Positions 47,421 to 55,451 of a stretch of 64,000 nt of DNA are shown in pieces (the first letter of the stretch is position 1; each line of letters opens with the position of its first letter). The notes beneath the pieces are model-generated. The model was not told the origin of the DNA, ran no database searches, and saw only the letters and a list, made by a program, of their open reading frames with translations. The stretch is from Akkermansiaceae bacterium (GTDB lineage: Bacteria; Verrucomicrobiota; Verrucomicrobiia; Verrucomicrobiales; DEV007), in assembly GCA_024233085.1 (NCBI GenBank), contig JACKQC010000020.1:35884-99883 (forward strand), read 5' to 3'. A program made the translations under genes and the position numbers.

Positions 47421-48131
47421 ATGGGCAGAGCCTTCGAATACCGCCGAGCTTCCAAGGAAAAACGCTGGGACAAGATGTCCAAGGTCTTTCCCAAGATCAT
47501 CAAGGCCATCACCGTCTCCGTCCGGGAGGGCGGCGCCGATCCTGAACTCAATCCCCGGCTCCGGGCCGCGATCGCCAATGCCAAGGCCGAAAACATGCCC
47601 AAGGACAACGTCGACGCGGCCATCAAGCGCGCCACCAGCAAGGACGCCGGCGAGTTCGCCGAGATCGCCTACGAAGGCAAGGGACCCCACGGCGTGCTGA
47701 TCTTTGTCGAGTGCGCCACCGACAATACCAACCGCACCATCGCCAACCTCAAGACCTGCTTCAACAAGGGCGGCGGCCAGATCGTCCAGACCGGTTCCCT
47801 CGAATTTCTTTTCTCCCGCAAAACCGTCGTCGAGTTCGACGTGCCCGCCGACCGCGAGATGGACGAGATCGAGCTCGAACTCATCGACCACGGCCTCGAG
47901 GAACTCGAAATCAACGACGGCGTCGCCTACGCCTACGGCGACTACAGCGACTTCGGCAGTCTTACCAAGGCCATCGCCGGAATGGGCATCGAATCGCGCA
48001 AGGCCACGCTGAAACGCATCGCCAACTCCCCCATCGAGCTGTCCGAGGAACAGATCGCCGATGTCGAAAAACTTATCGACCGCCTCGAGGACGACGACGA
48101 CGTCCAGGCCGTTTACACGAACATCTCCTGA
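47421..48131 (+). CDS. YebC/PmpR-family DNA-binding regulatory protein
   Basis: MGRAFEYRRASKEKRWDKMSKVF...ENMPKDNVDAAIKRA... Confidence 0.9.
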   Translation: MGRAFEYRRASKEKRWDKMSKVFPKIIKAITVSVREGGADPELNPRLRAAIANAKAENMPKDNVDAAIKRATSKDAGEFAEIAYEGKGPHGVLIFVECATDNTNRTIANLKTCFNKGGGQIVQTGSLEFLFSRKTVVEFDVPADREMDEIELELIDHGLEELEINDGVAYAYGDYSDFGSLTKAIAGMGIESRKATLKRIANSPIELSEEQIADVEKLIDRLEDDDDVQAVYTNIS

Positions 48132-48151
48132 GCCGCCGGCCCCGCCCGCGG

Positions 48152-49057
48152 TCAGAGCGTCTTTTCGAAAAACGCCGCCATCGCCTCGACGAAGGGCGTT
48201 CGCCAGGGTTCGGCGCCCCACTGGCCGTGCCTCGCGCCCGGAATCATGACGAACTCGTTCGTCACTCCCAGCGCGTCGAGTTTCTTCCGCATGTCGACGT
48301 AGCGCTCGCCCGGCTGGTCAAACTCCCCGTCGAGAAACAGCAGCGGCGGCGTCTCCGCGCTGACGTGCGTGATGGGAGAGCCTTCGGCGTAAATCTCCGG
48401 ATTCTCCGCGTATTCCGCGCCGAAGAAAATCGAGCAGTTCTCGATGTGCCGGTTTTTGGCCGCCTTCACCCGCGCCACCTGGTCAACGCCCGCGCCCATC
48501 AGCACGGCCGCTTTCAGGGTGGCGGACGGCTGGCCCGCGCTCTCGCCCGCGAATTTGCGGTCGCCGGTCGTCGCCACCATTCCCACCAGGTGTCCGCCGG
48601 CCGAGCCGCCGACGCCGCCGATGCGCTCCGGGTCCAGGCGCAGCTCCCCGGCGTGCGCCCGCATCCAGCGAAGCGCCGCCTTGCAGTCCAGCACCGCTCC
48701 GGGGAATTTCGCCTCCGTCGCGAGCCGGTAATCCACGTTCGCCACCACGTGGCCGTGTCCGGCGAGCATCGCCGCCACCGGCTGGAACGCGTGACGGCTT
48801 CCCCCGGTCCAGCCCCCGCCGTGAACCAGCAGGACGCCCGGAAAGGGGCCTTCGCCCGCCGGGAGATACACATCCATCGTTAGATCGCGGCCCCCGGGCG
48901 AGGCGTAGACGATGTCCCGGCGCGCGGTCACGCCCTCGGGTGGCGGAAGTTGCGGCGGCCCCTTCGGCTTCGGCGCCTCCCGGGAAAGCGCGACGGCTCC
49001 CCCCGCCGCCAGGGCCGCGAACATCGCCACGAACCGTCCCGCGATCGCCGTGTTCAC
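48152..49057 (-). CDS. Alpha/beta-hydrolase esterase/lipase
   Basis: C-terminal part of ORF 48152..50293. LLVHGGGWTGGS, GGVGGSAGGHLV. The GTG start at 49057 overlaps the upstream stop (GTGA) and gives a signal-like N-terminus. Confidence 0.7.
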   Translation of the reverse strand: MNTAIAGRFVAMFAALAAGGAVALSREAPKPKGPPQLPPPEGVTARRDIVYASPGGRDLTMDVYLPAGEGPFPGVLLVHGGGWTGGSRHAFQPVAAMLAGHGHVVANVDYRLATEAKFPGAVLDCKAALRWMRAHAGELRLDPERIGGVGGSAGGHLVGMVATTGDRKFAGESAGQPSATLKAAVLMGAGVDQVARVKAAKNRHIENCSIFFGAEYAENPEIYAEGSPITHVSAETPPLLFLDGEFDQPGERYVDMRKKLDALGVTNEFVMIPGARHGQWGAEPWRTPFVEAMAAFFEKTL

Positions 49058-50217
49058 GAAATGTGGGCTCCCCTGGTCTCCACGAAAACCGCGTAGAGCG
49101 ACGAACTCCCCGTCATGAAGAGCCGGTTGCGCTTCTGGCCGCCAAAGCACACGTTCGAGCAGATCTCGGGCAGCAGAATCTGTCCGATCCGCTTTCCATC
49201 CTCCGGCGCGAAGACATGCACCCCGTCGTAGCCGTCGCCGACCCAGCCCGCGCTCGCCCAGATGTTGCCGTCCTCGTCGGCGCGGATGCCGTCGGCGCCG
49301 CCGCTCATCTCGCCCAGTTGCATCGAGCAGAAAACGCGGCCGTTTTCGAGCTTCGTGCCGTCGGCGGAAAGGTCCCAGACCTTGATCGGCTTGTGCTCGC
49401 CCGCCTTCGGCTCCCCGGTGTCGGAGACGTAGAGCTTCTTGTAGTCGGGGGAAAAGCACAGGCCGTTGGGTTTGTCGATCTCGTCGGCCACCTTCGCGAT
49501 CGCGCCGGTTTTCGCGTCGATCCGGTAAACCGCCTCCTTCAGCTCCAGCGGACCCTTGTTTCCCTCGTAGTTCATCATGCTCCCGTAGCCCGGGTCGGTG
49601 AACCAGATGGCGCCGTCGGCCGGATGCACGACCACGTCGTTGGGCGCGTTGAACGGCTTGCCCTCGAAGCTCTCCGCCAGCACCGTGGTCTTCCCGTCCT
49701 GCTCGTGGCGCACCACCCGGCGCGTGCCGTGCTGGCAACTGATCTGCCGTCCCTGGTAGTCGAAGGTGTTCCCGTTGCTGTTCCCGGACGGGTGCCGAAA
49801 AATCGAGACGTGCCCGTCCTCCTCGAGCCAGCGCAGTTGGACGTCGTTCGGGATGTCGCTCCACAGCAGGAAGCGCCCGACACCGCTCCAGGCCGGACCC
49901 TCCGCCCACAGCATGTTCGGGCTGTGATAAAGGCGCTGGATCGGCGTGTTGCCGATCTTGTATTTCGCGAATCGCTCGTCGAGCACCACGATGTCCGGGT
50001 CCGGGTAGCGCGTCGGGATCGTTCCCGTCCAGTCGCGATCCCTCGTCGCGGGCTGTTGGGCGAAGAGACCTCTCCGGGCCGCCAGGGTCGCCAGCACGGC
50101 GGCGCCCGCGCGGGTAAAAAACCGGCGCCGGCTCCGGTCGCCGACGAAGGCTTCGACTTCGGGCGCGAGGGCTTCGGCCACTTGGGGATGAACAGGGGAT
50201 GGGTTCGGGGAATTCAT
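49054..50217 (-). CDS. SMP-30/gluconolactonase/LRE-family protein with Tat signal
   Basis: 387 aa. DRSRRRFFTRAGAAV, AEGPAWSGVGRFLLWSDIPN, NGLCFSPDYKKLYVSD. Confidence 0.8.
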   Translation of the reverse strand: MNSPNPSPVHPQVAEALAPEVEAFVGDRSRRRFFTRAGAAVLATLAARRGLFAQQPATRDRDWTGTIPTRYPDPDIVVLDERFAKYKIGNTPIQRLYHSPNMLWAEGPAWSGVGRFLLWSDIPNDVQLRWLEEDGHVSIFRHPSGNSNGNTFDYQGRQISCQHGTRRVVRHEQDGKTTVLAESFEGKPFNAPNDVVVHPADGAIWFTDPGYGSMMNYEGNKGPLELKEAVYRIDAKTGAIAKVADEIDKPNGLCFSPDYKKLYVSDTGEPKAGEHKPIKVWDLSADGTKLENGRVFCSMQLGEMSGGADGIRADEDGNIWASAGWVGDGYDGVHVFAPEDGKRIGQILLPEICSNVCFGGQKRNRLFMTGSSSLYAVFVETRGAHIS

Positions 50218-50283
50218 GCCCCGGATTGTAATGAAACCCGCCCCCGCGGCCAGTCTGAAATCGCGTGAATCGCCACCCGCTCG

Positions 50284-50335
50284 GGTCCGCCACTCAACAG
50301 GGTATGGTCAAGGACCTAACCCTGTCAGGTCCCTC
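50284..50335. repeat. REP-like hairpin cluster (2 units)
   Basis: CTCAACAGGGTATGGTC and GACCTAACCCTGTCAGGTC. Confidence 0.65.
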
Positions 50336-51422
50336 ACCAGAAACGGTGGAGAAAACGGCCGATGACGCCTCGGGGTTTTTCGGGCGGCGGCTGGGTGTTG
50401 GCCGGCACCTCCATCGCCTCGCGGCCGTCGGCCGACGGGACCGACTGCGGCGGAACGGGAGCGCCGGGTTCGCCGGCGATGGGCCGGGCGGTCGGCGCCT
50501 CGGTCCGGCCGCCTCCGGAGGGGCCGAACATGGGGCGTTCGAACCCGCCGCCGTCGTTTGTGGCGGGCGGAGGCGTCGCCGCGGTGGCGTTGAGATCCGG
50601 CATGGGCGGCAGGCCGCGGTCGGTGCGGCGGTAATCGTCGTTGTCGAGCGCCGAACCGGGCGCGGCGGGCGCGGGGGCTTGCGGGATGTCGTCGGTGGCC
50701 AGCTTCGGCATCGGGGGCAGGCCCCGGCCCGTCATGGCGGGGTTCGAAGGCGGCGCGGTGGCGTCCGTGAGGGCGTCGGGATCGGCCAGGTTCGGCACGG
50801 GGGTGATGGAATTTCCGGGGCCGCTCTGCGGGCCTTCGCGGACGACGGCGCTTTGGATTTCCACGCGGTCGACGGGGTTGTTGTTCGAGTCCGTCACGAC
50901 ATTGGCGACGGCGTCGAGCGCCTCGAGGCCGCTGACGACTTTGGCGAAGACGGTGTATTCGCCGTCGAGCGCCGGGATTTCGCGCAGGCAGACGTAGAAC
51001 TGGCTGCCGCTCGAGGCCTTGGTCGGGTTCACGGCGTCGCCGAGGCGGGCCATGGCGACCGCGCCGCGGACGTGGGCCATTCCCAGCTCGGCGGGCACGG
51101 TGTAGCCCGGTCCGCCGGTGCCCCAGAGCGCCTTTTTCGAGACATCCTTCGTCATGGGATCGCCGGCCTGGACGATGTAGTTGGGAATGACGCGGTGGAA
51201 CGCCAGACCGTTGTAAAAGCCCTCCTCGCACAGTTTCTTGAAATTGGCGCAGGTCTTCGGCACGTCGCGCTCGTTCAGCTCGATGACCACCTTGCGCGTG
51301 TCGCCGCCGCCGATCGAAACGGTCAGCTCCACCGTGGTGGCGCGGGCGGTCGCCGCGGCGGCCAGCAGGGACAGAGCGACCGCCAGGGCCGCCGCCGGGG
51401 ATGGGTTCAGTGTCGTTTTCAT
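50334..51422 (-). CDS. Secreted cyclophilin-type peptidyl-prolyl isomerase with ~170-aa Pro-rich C-terminal extension
   Basis: Signal peptide, then NFKKLCEEGFYNGLAFHRVIPNYIVQAGDP...GSQFYVCL. The tail contains RGLPPMPKL and RGLPPMPDL. Confidence 0.85.
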   Translation of the reverse strand: MKTTLNPSPAAALAVALSLLAAAATARATTVELTVSIGGGDTRKVVIELNERDVPKTCANFKKLCEEGFYNGLAFHRVIPNYIVQAGDPMTKDVSKKALWGTGGPGYTVPAELGMAHVRGAVAMARLGDAVNPTKASSGSQFYVCLREIPALDGEYTVFAKVVSGLEALDAVANVVTDSNNNPVDRVEIQSAVVREGPQSGPGNSITPVPNLADPDALTDATAPPSNPAMTGRGLPPMPKLATDDIPQAPAPAAPGSALDNDDYRRTDRGLPPMPDLNATAATPPPATNDGGGFERPMFGPSGGGRTEAPTARPIAGEPGAPVPPQSVPSADGREAMEVPANTQPPPEKPRGVIGRFLHRFW

Positions 51423-51444
51423 GTTGCCGGGTGCGGACGCGGTT

Positions 51445-52350
51445 TCACGGTTCGGCTTGCTCGAATGTCCGGACTTCCAAACCGAAACTCAACTTACCGT
51501 CTGGCCCGGCGGTGACAAGCTTCGTTTCCGGTTCGGCCAGGTCGCGGCCCACATACGCGAGCGCCAGAACGCGGCCTTCCGCGGGGCTGAAAACCACGCT
51601 CGTCACGGTGCCGGCCGGTTTTTCGCCGGCTCCCGTTCCGGATTCGGCCGGGAAAATCGCCGCGCCGGCCTCGGGCCGGAAATCGTTCGCCGCTCGATTC
51701 GCCGGGCCGGCGAGCAGACAGAGGCGGCGATTCACGCGACCGACGCTCTCGATGCGCGAGATCACCTCCTGCCCGAGGTAGCATCCCTTGTGGAAATCGA
51801 TCGCCCGCCGGTCGAGCCCGGCTTCGGCGGGGAGGATGTCGGGCGAAAGTTCCGCGCCCCAGGCCGGCACGCCGTGGCGGACGCGGATTTCCTCGATGGC
51901 CTCGGCCGGCAGCAGCCCTTCGGCGGCGGACACCGCGTCGCGGGAAGCCGCCGCGACCCAAAGATCGTGACCGGCGGGGCCGAAGCGATTCGACGCCCGC
52001 CAAACCGCGCCGGGCAGGCCGGGCCGCTCGCCGAGACAATGCAGCAGGGACCATTCGCCGGTGATGTCCTCGATCTCGCAGTCCTCCGAAATAATGTAGC
52101 GGGCCAGACGGGCGAACAGGCTGTCGCGCAGCGTGACGGGGGCGTCGATGACCAGGTTTTCGCCGCCGACATTCGCGGTCACCTGGACGACGCCGTCGAG
52201 TTTGCCTTTGAGATTGCAGACGCAGGCCTCGAGGGCGGCGGTGTCGTCGAGGCGCGCGACATTGGCGGAGACCTGGCCGTTCAGCCAGCGGACGCGGTCA
52301 TTCCCGGTGACGCGAAAAACCGCGCGTTCTGTGAGGTCGATGCAGGGCAA
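51445..52350 (-). CDS. YgfZ/GcvT-like folate-binding protein
   Basis: C-terminal part of ORF 51445..53652. Signature FHKGCYLGQEVISR. There is no in-frame ATG, so a TTG at 52350 (or 52410) is proposed as the start. Confidence 0.7.
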   Translation of the reverse strand: MPCIDLTERAVFRVTGNDRVRWLNGQVSANVARLDDTAALEACVCNLKGKLDGVVQVTANVGGENLVIDAPVTLRDSLFARLARYIISEDCEIEDITGEWSLLHCLGERPGLPGAVWRASNRFGPAGHDLWVAAASRDAVSAAEGLLPAEAIEEIRVRHGVPAWGAELSPDILPAEAGLDRRAIDFHKGCYLGQEVISRIESVGRVNRRLCLLAGPANRAANDFRPEAGAAIFPAESGTGAGEKPAGTVTSVVFSPAEGRVLALAYVGRDLAEPETKLVTAGPDGKLSFGLEVRTFEQAEP

Positions 52351-52463
52351 GGGGCGAGAGGGGACAGGGATCGGGGAATGAGGGGCGGGATCGGGACAGG
52401 AGTAACACAATTTGTTCCATGGTTTCCAGCCCGCGCCACCCTTGTCGCCGGTCGGCCGGTCTT

Positions 52464-53855
52464 TCAATCGCCGAATGAGAACGAGTAGAGCTTCGCCTTT
52501 CTCAACTCGAACCGCAGCCGGATGACCTCCGGCGCGAGGGGGTCGCTCCAGTTCAAACGGCCGTCGGTCACCGTTTCCCGGACCGGATCGGCGGTTCGCA
52601 CCGTCCTTCCGTCCGCGTCGACCACGCTCGCGACGACCGACCCGCCCGCCGCCACATCGGCGCTGATCCGGATTTCCCGGCCCGTGAAAGGAATCGCCGC
52701 GGTGACGATGACGGCGCCTTGGTCCGGGGATTCCGGTTCGTAACCCGCGAAGCCATCCGGCCGAAGGGTCGCCAGGCAAAGCGACCCCGTGCGCCAGCCG
52801 AAGTGGAGGTAATCGCTGCCGCCGTAGTAGAGCCGGATCTCGTCCTTCAGGAAAACCGGGCCCGCGCAGGCATAGACACAGCCGTAGTCGTGGGCGAGCG
52901 GCGTCTCCGAGCACGGGATCAGCGGCGTGCCGGGCGCCACGCGATGCCACGCCCGCGTGTCGGGGCTCCAGGCCAGCTCCGTCCAGACCCGGTCCACCGG
53001 CGGCTGCGCGTGAATCGCCACCAGGCCGAGGTAAACCCCGCCGTGGAAGCACACCGGCATGGCATAGGTCTGGAGGCTTTTGTCGAGCCCCTCCAGCACG
53101 ACATCCGGCTCCGACCAGTTCACGAAATCCGCGCTCTCGATCCGGGCCACCTGCCGACCCAGCGGGCCAAGGGTGCGGGTCATGGCGACATACTTCCCGA
53201 GCGTCGGCGCCCAGAAGGCGTTGTTGTGCGTGTCGCCGCGCACCTGGATGCCCTCCAGCCGGTGCGGCGGCGCCCAGTGCAGCCCATCCGGCGAGGCGCT
53301 GACCTTCAGTCCCTGAAAGATCGTCTTGTAGGCCCGTTGCGGATCGCTCGCGTGCGGATCCCGGAAGACACCGGCCCCGTGAATGCCGCGCCAGACCAGG
53401 TTGTTGGCAGTGCCGCCCTCGTAATCGACCAAGCCCAGGCTCGGTTTTTCCCAGTGGATCCCGTCCCCGGACTCCGCGTAGCAGAGCGCCATCTCGCGTC
53501 CCTTCGGCGGCCGGTAGGGCTTCGCCCGTTCCTCGAGCGTCATCCCCTTGGCGGAATGATCGACGATGAAGGGACAGTACCAGCAGCGGTAGCGCTTCGT
53601 CGCGGCGTCGTAAACGATGTTCCCGTAGAGGTTGTCGAAGCGCTTTTCCCAAGGCCGGTCCTCGCCGAAGAGCGGATTGGCCGGGTGCTTCCGAACCGTG
53701 CCCGGAATGAGCTTTGCGTGTTCCGCACTCGCGACCACGCGGCTGTCGAGAAGGAGGAAACGGTCGCGCGGCGGGGTTGACGAGGAATCGTCTCCGAGGG
53801 CTGCGGTGGTCGCGAAACTGGTCAGGGCCAGGATTGAGAAAGAATTGGCAGTCAT
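52464..53855 (-). CDS. Secreted beta-propeller glycoside-hydrolase-like protein
   Basis: Internal ATG of ORF 52464..53924 gives the signal MTANSFSILALTSFATTAALG. Repeated S-x-DG-x-HW blade motifs (SGDGIHW, SPDGLHW, SPDTRAW) resemble the GH32/43/130-type propeller superfamily. Function is tentative. Confidence 0.5.
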   Translation of the reverse strand: MTANSFSILALTSFATTAALGDDSSSTPPRDRFLLLDSRVVASAEHAKLIPGTVRKHPANPLFGEDRPWEKRFDNLYGNIVYDAATKRYRCWYCPFIVDHSAKGMTLEERAKPYRPPKGREMALCYAESGDGIHWEKPSLGLVDYEGGTANNLVWRGIHGAGVFRDPHASDPQRAYKTIFQGLKVSASPDGLHWAPPHRLEGIQVRGDTHNNAFWAPTLGKYVAMTRTLGPLGRQVARIESADFVNWSEPDVVLEGLDKSLQTYAMPVCFHGGVYLGLVAIHAQPPVDRVWTELAWSPDTRAWHRVAPGTPLIPCSETPLAHDYGCVYACAGPVFLKDEIRLYYGGSDYLHFGWRTGSLCLATLRPDGFAGYEPESPDQGAVIVTAAIPFTGREIRISADVAAGGSVVASVVDADGRTVRTADPVRETVTDGRLNWSDPLAPEVIRLRFELRKAKLYSFSFGD

Positions 53856-53975
53856 CCGGATTCGTTCAACGCGTCGAAGATTCTTCGGAGACGGATAGCT
53901 CGGGAGATGAATAACTTGGTTCATGCGGAACGGTTAGCCGTCGGTGTGGAGCCATTTGTTCGCCGATTTCTGGAA

Positions 53976-54533
53976 TCAGATTTCCCGTGGAGTAAAGTAT
54001 ATAGCCTCTACGGGAGCAAACCTCTCTCGTCCTCGAAGCAACCGCACGGCATACACCAACGATCGATGGCTTCCATCACCGTGGCTGAGGGTGTACGTCG
54101 AACCCGGATCCAGGCTTTGGTGCTCATTTTTGAGGTCTGTTACAACGATCGGTGAAAGGCGGGATACATCAAAGTTCTCAGCAACAGGAACGCAAGGTCG
54201 AAACCATTTTGGTTTGTGCAATTGCTCATCTAGAGAAGGCTCCGAAGCCAATCTTTCAAAAGTATAGCCGTTTTCGCGAATTCGTTCAGCCACTGATCTC
54301 AGAGAATGGCTCCCATGTTTTGGAACGATGATTTCATTTTCTCGATGAATTGGCTGAACTGTAATCTCGAGGAATTCATCGATCTTTTCGAATTGAAGCC
54401 ACTCCAATTTCCGTGGCGGTGACAGCCTTTCCTTGATGCCTTTCCCGAAATTGCGTAGCGCCCTCAATTCCCCCATACAGAGAAGCCGTTTAATCTCTTC
54501 ATACGTTGTCACACGACGCTTCATATAATTCAC
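53976..54533 (-). CDS. Hypothetical protein with C-terminal ParB/Srx-like motif (low-GC island)
   Basis: 185 aa. Markedly lower GC than the flanks. SPIVVTDL...STYTLSHGDGSHRSLVYAV resembles the ParB N-terminal/sulfiredoxin-fold 'DG-x-HR' box. A purine-rich stretch precedes the ATG. Confidence 0.5.
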   Translation of the reverse strand: MNYMKRRVTTYEEIKRLLCMGELRALRNFGKGIKERLSPPRKLEWLQFEKIDEFLEITVQPIHRENEIIVPKHGSHSLRSVAERIRENGYTFERLASEPSLDEQLHKPKWFRPCVPVAENFDVSRLSPIVVTDLKNEHQSLDPGSTYTLSHGDGSHRSLVYAVRLLRGRERFAPVEAIYFTPREI

Positions 54534-54595
54534 TTCTTTCTTTCGGCGGGCGATTCAATAGTGATGCAACAACCGATTCACTTGGAACGTAACGG

Positions 54596-54766
54596 TTACT
54601 CAAAAGTCGAGAAAACTTCCATCGTAACTTGCTCGCCATTTTCACCCGTGAATTTATAACTCAACGACGCGCGACCCGTAAGGAAATTTTTTCCATCGGC
54701 CGACCGCGGAAGACGAGATGAAAGCGCTCGAAAATCCCCGTTTTCCTCCCGTGCAATTTCAGGCAT
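54596..54766 (-). CDS. Small hypothetical protein (low-GC island)
   Basis: Internal ATG of ORF 54596..54859 (the upstream codons are REP-encoded). 56 aa, no motif. Lies 62 nt upstream of the 185-aa gene on the same strand. Confidence 0.35.
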   Translation of the reverse strand: MPEIAREENGDFRALSSRLPRSADGKNFLTGRASLSYKFTGENGEQVTMEVFSTFE

Positions 54767-54791
54767 CTCCTTTCGCTGGATCTGGCGGATT

Positions 54792-54858
54792 GATTCAACC
54801 CTGTTTGGTCCCCAATCCAACAGGGTCAGGTCCGGGACCCAACAGGGTTGGGTCGACA
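54792..54858. repeat. REP-like hairpin cluster (3 units)
   Basis: TTCAACCCTGTTTGGTC, ATCCAACAGGGTCAGGTC and GACCCAACAGGGTTGGGTC. The last is a perfect 8-bp stem. Confidence 0.7.
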
Positions 54859-54967
54859 TGGGGGCCGGAAGGGGGCAAATCCCGGTTACTCATGGCCGTG
54901 CCGTCGGGCGCGTCGTTCGCGAGGAGGGGCAGTCTCCCCATTCGCGTCAACTTGACGAAATCGAAGC

Positions 54968-55268
54968 GCTCAAAGGACCGATCCAGTGCCGGCTTCCGCC
55001 AACGGTGGGGAAAAGGCGCACGGCGGCAGCCGGGTGGGGCGAGGCGTCCCGGCCGAGCCGTCGCGATGCCCCGCCGCGTCCGTCCCGCCCGATCCCGCCC
55101 TCGAAACCATCCGCGAAAGAGAAACCGGGAGAGTCCGGGCTCCAACGGATGGCCAGAGGACGTCCGACGCTTTCGGGCCTCACGACGGCTCGGCCGGGAC
55201 GCCTCGCCCCACCCACCCATCCATCGCCGCGGAATCGTGGCTCCGTGATTTTGTCTCATCCTCCCGCG
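54968..55268. repeat. IR-bounded intergenic unit, copy A (candidate invertible element)
   Basis: Perfect 31-32-bp inverted repeats at 55033..55063 (GGTGGGGCGAGGCGTCCCGGCCGAGCCGTCG) and 55183..55213. The 119-bp core lies between them. The outer flanks are colinear with copy B (57325..57652). Confidence 0.75.
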
Positions 55269-55451
55269 TTCAGGGCGACGCCGATGGAGGCGGTTTCCAA
55301 CCGCCCGCAGAGCCAGCGCAGGCGCTTGGAAAGTGTATCTCTTGGATTTCCACCGCCCTCCGATGCGCCAAACTCGCTCCAGCCCCGTTTTTGGCGGAAA
55401 GGACGGTTTTGGATCGGAAATCGGCGCCGAACTTCGGGAAAAATCGATTTT

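Noticed and set aside
48152-50293. A single 713-aa ORF spanning the esterase and the region of the gluconolactonase-like gene.
   Set aside because: Only the C-terminal ~300 aa look like a real protein (alpha/beta hydrolase). The N-terminal part overlaps the clearly conserved SMP-30-family ORF in another frame. It was split into two coupled genes.
51445-53652. A 735-aa ORF suggesting one large protein.
   Set aside because: Only the C-terminal ~300 aa (YgfZ signature KGCYLGQE) are credible. The upstream part is an alternate frame of the beta-propeller gene 52464..53855.
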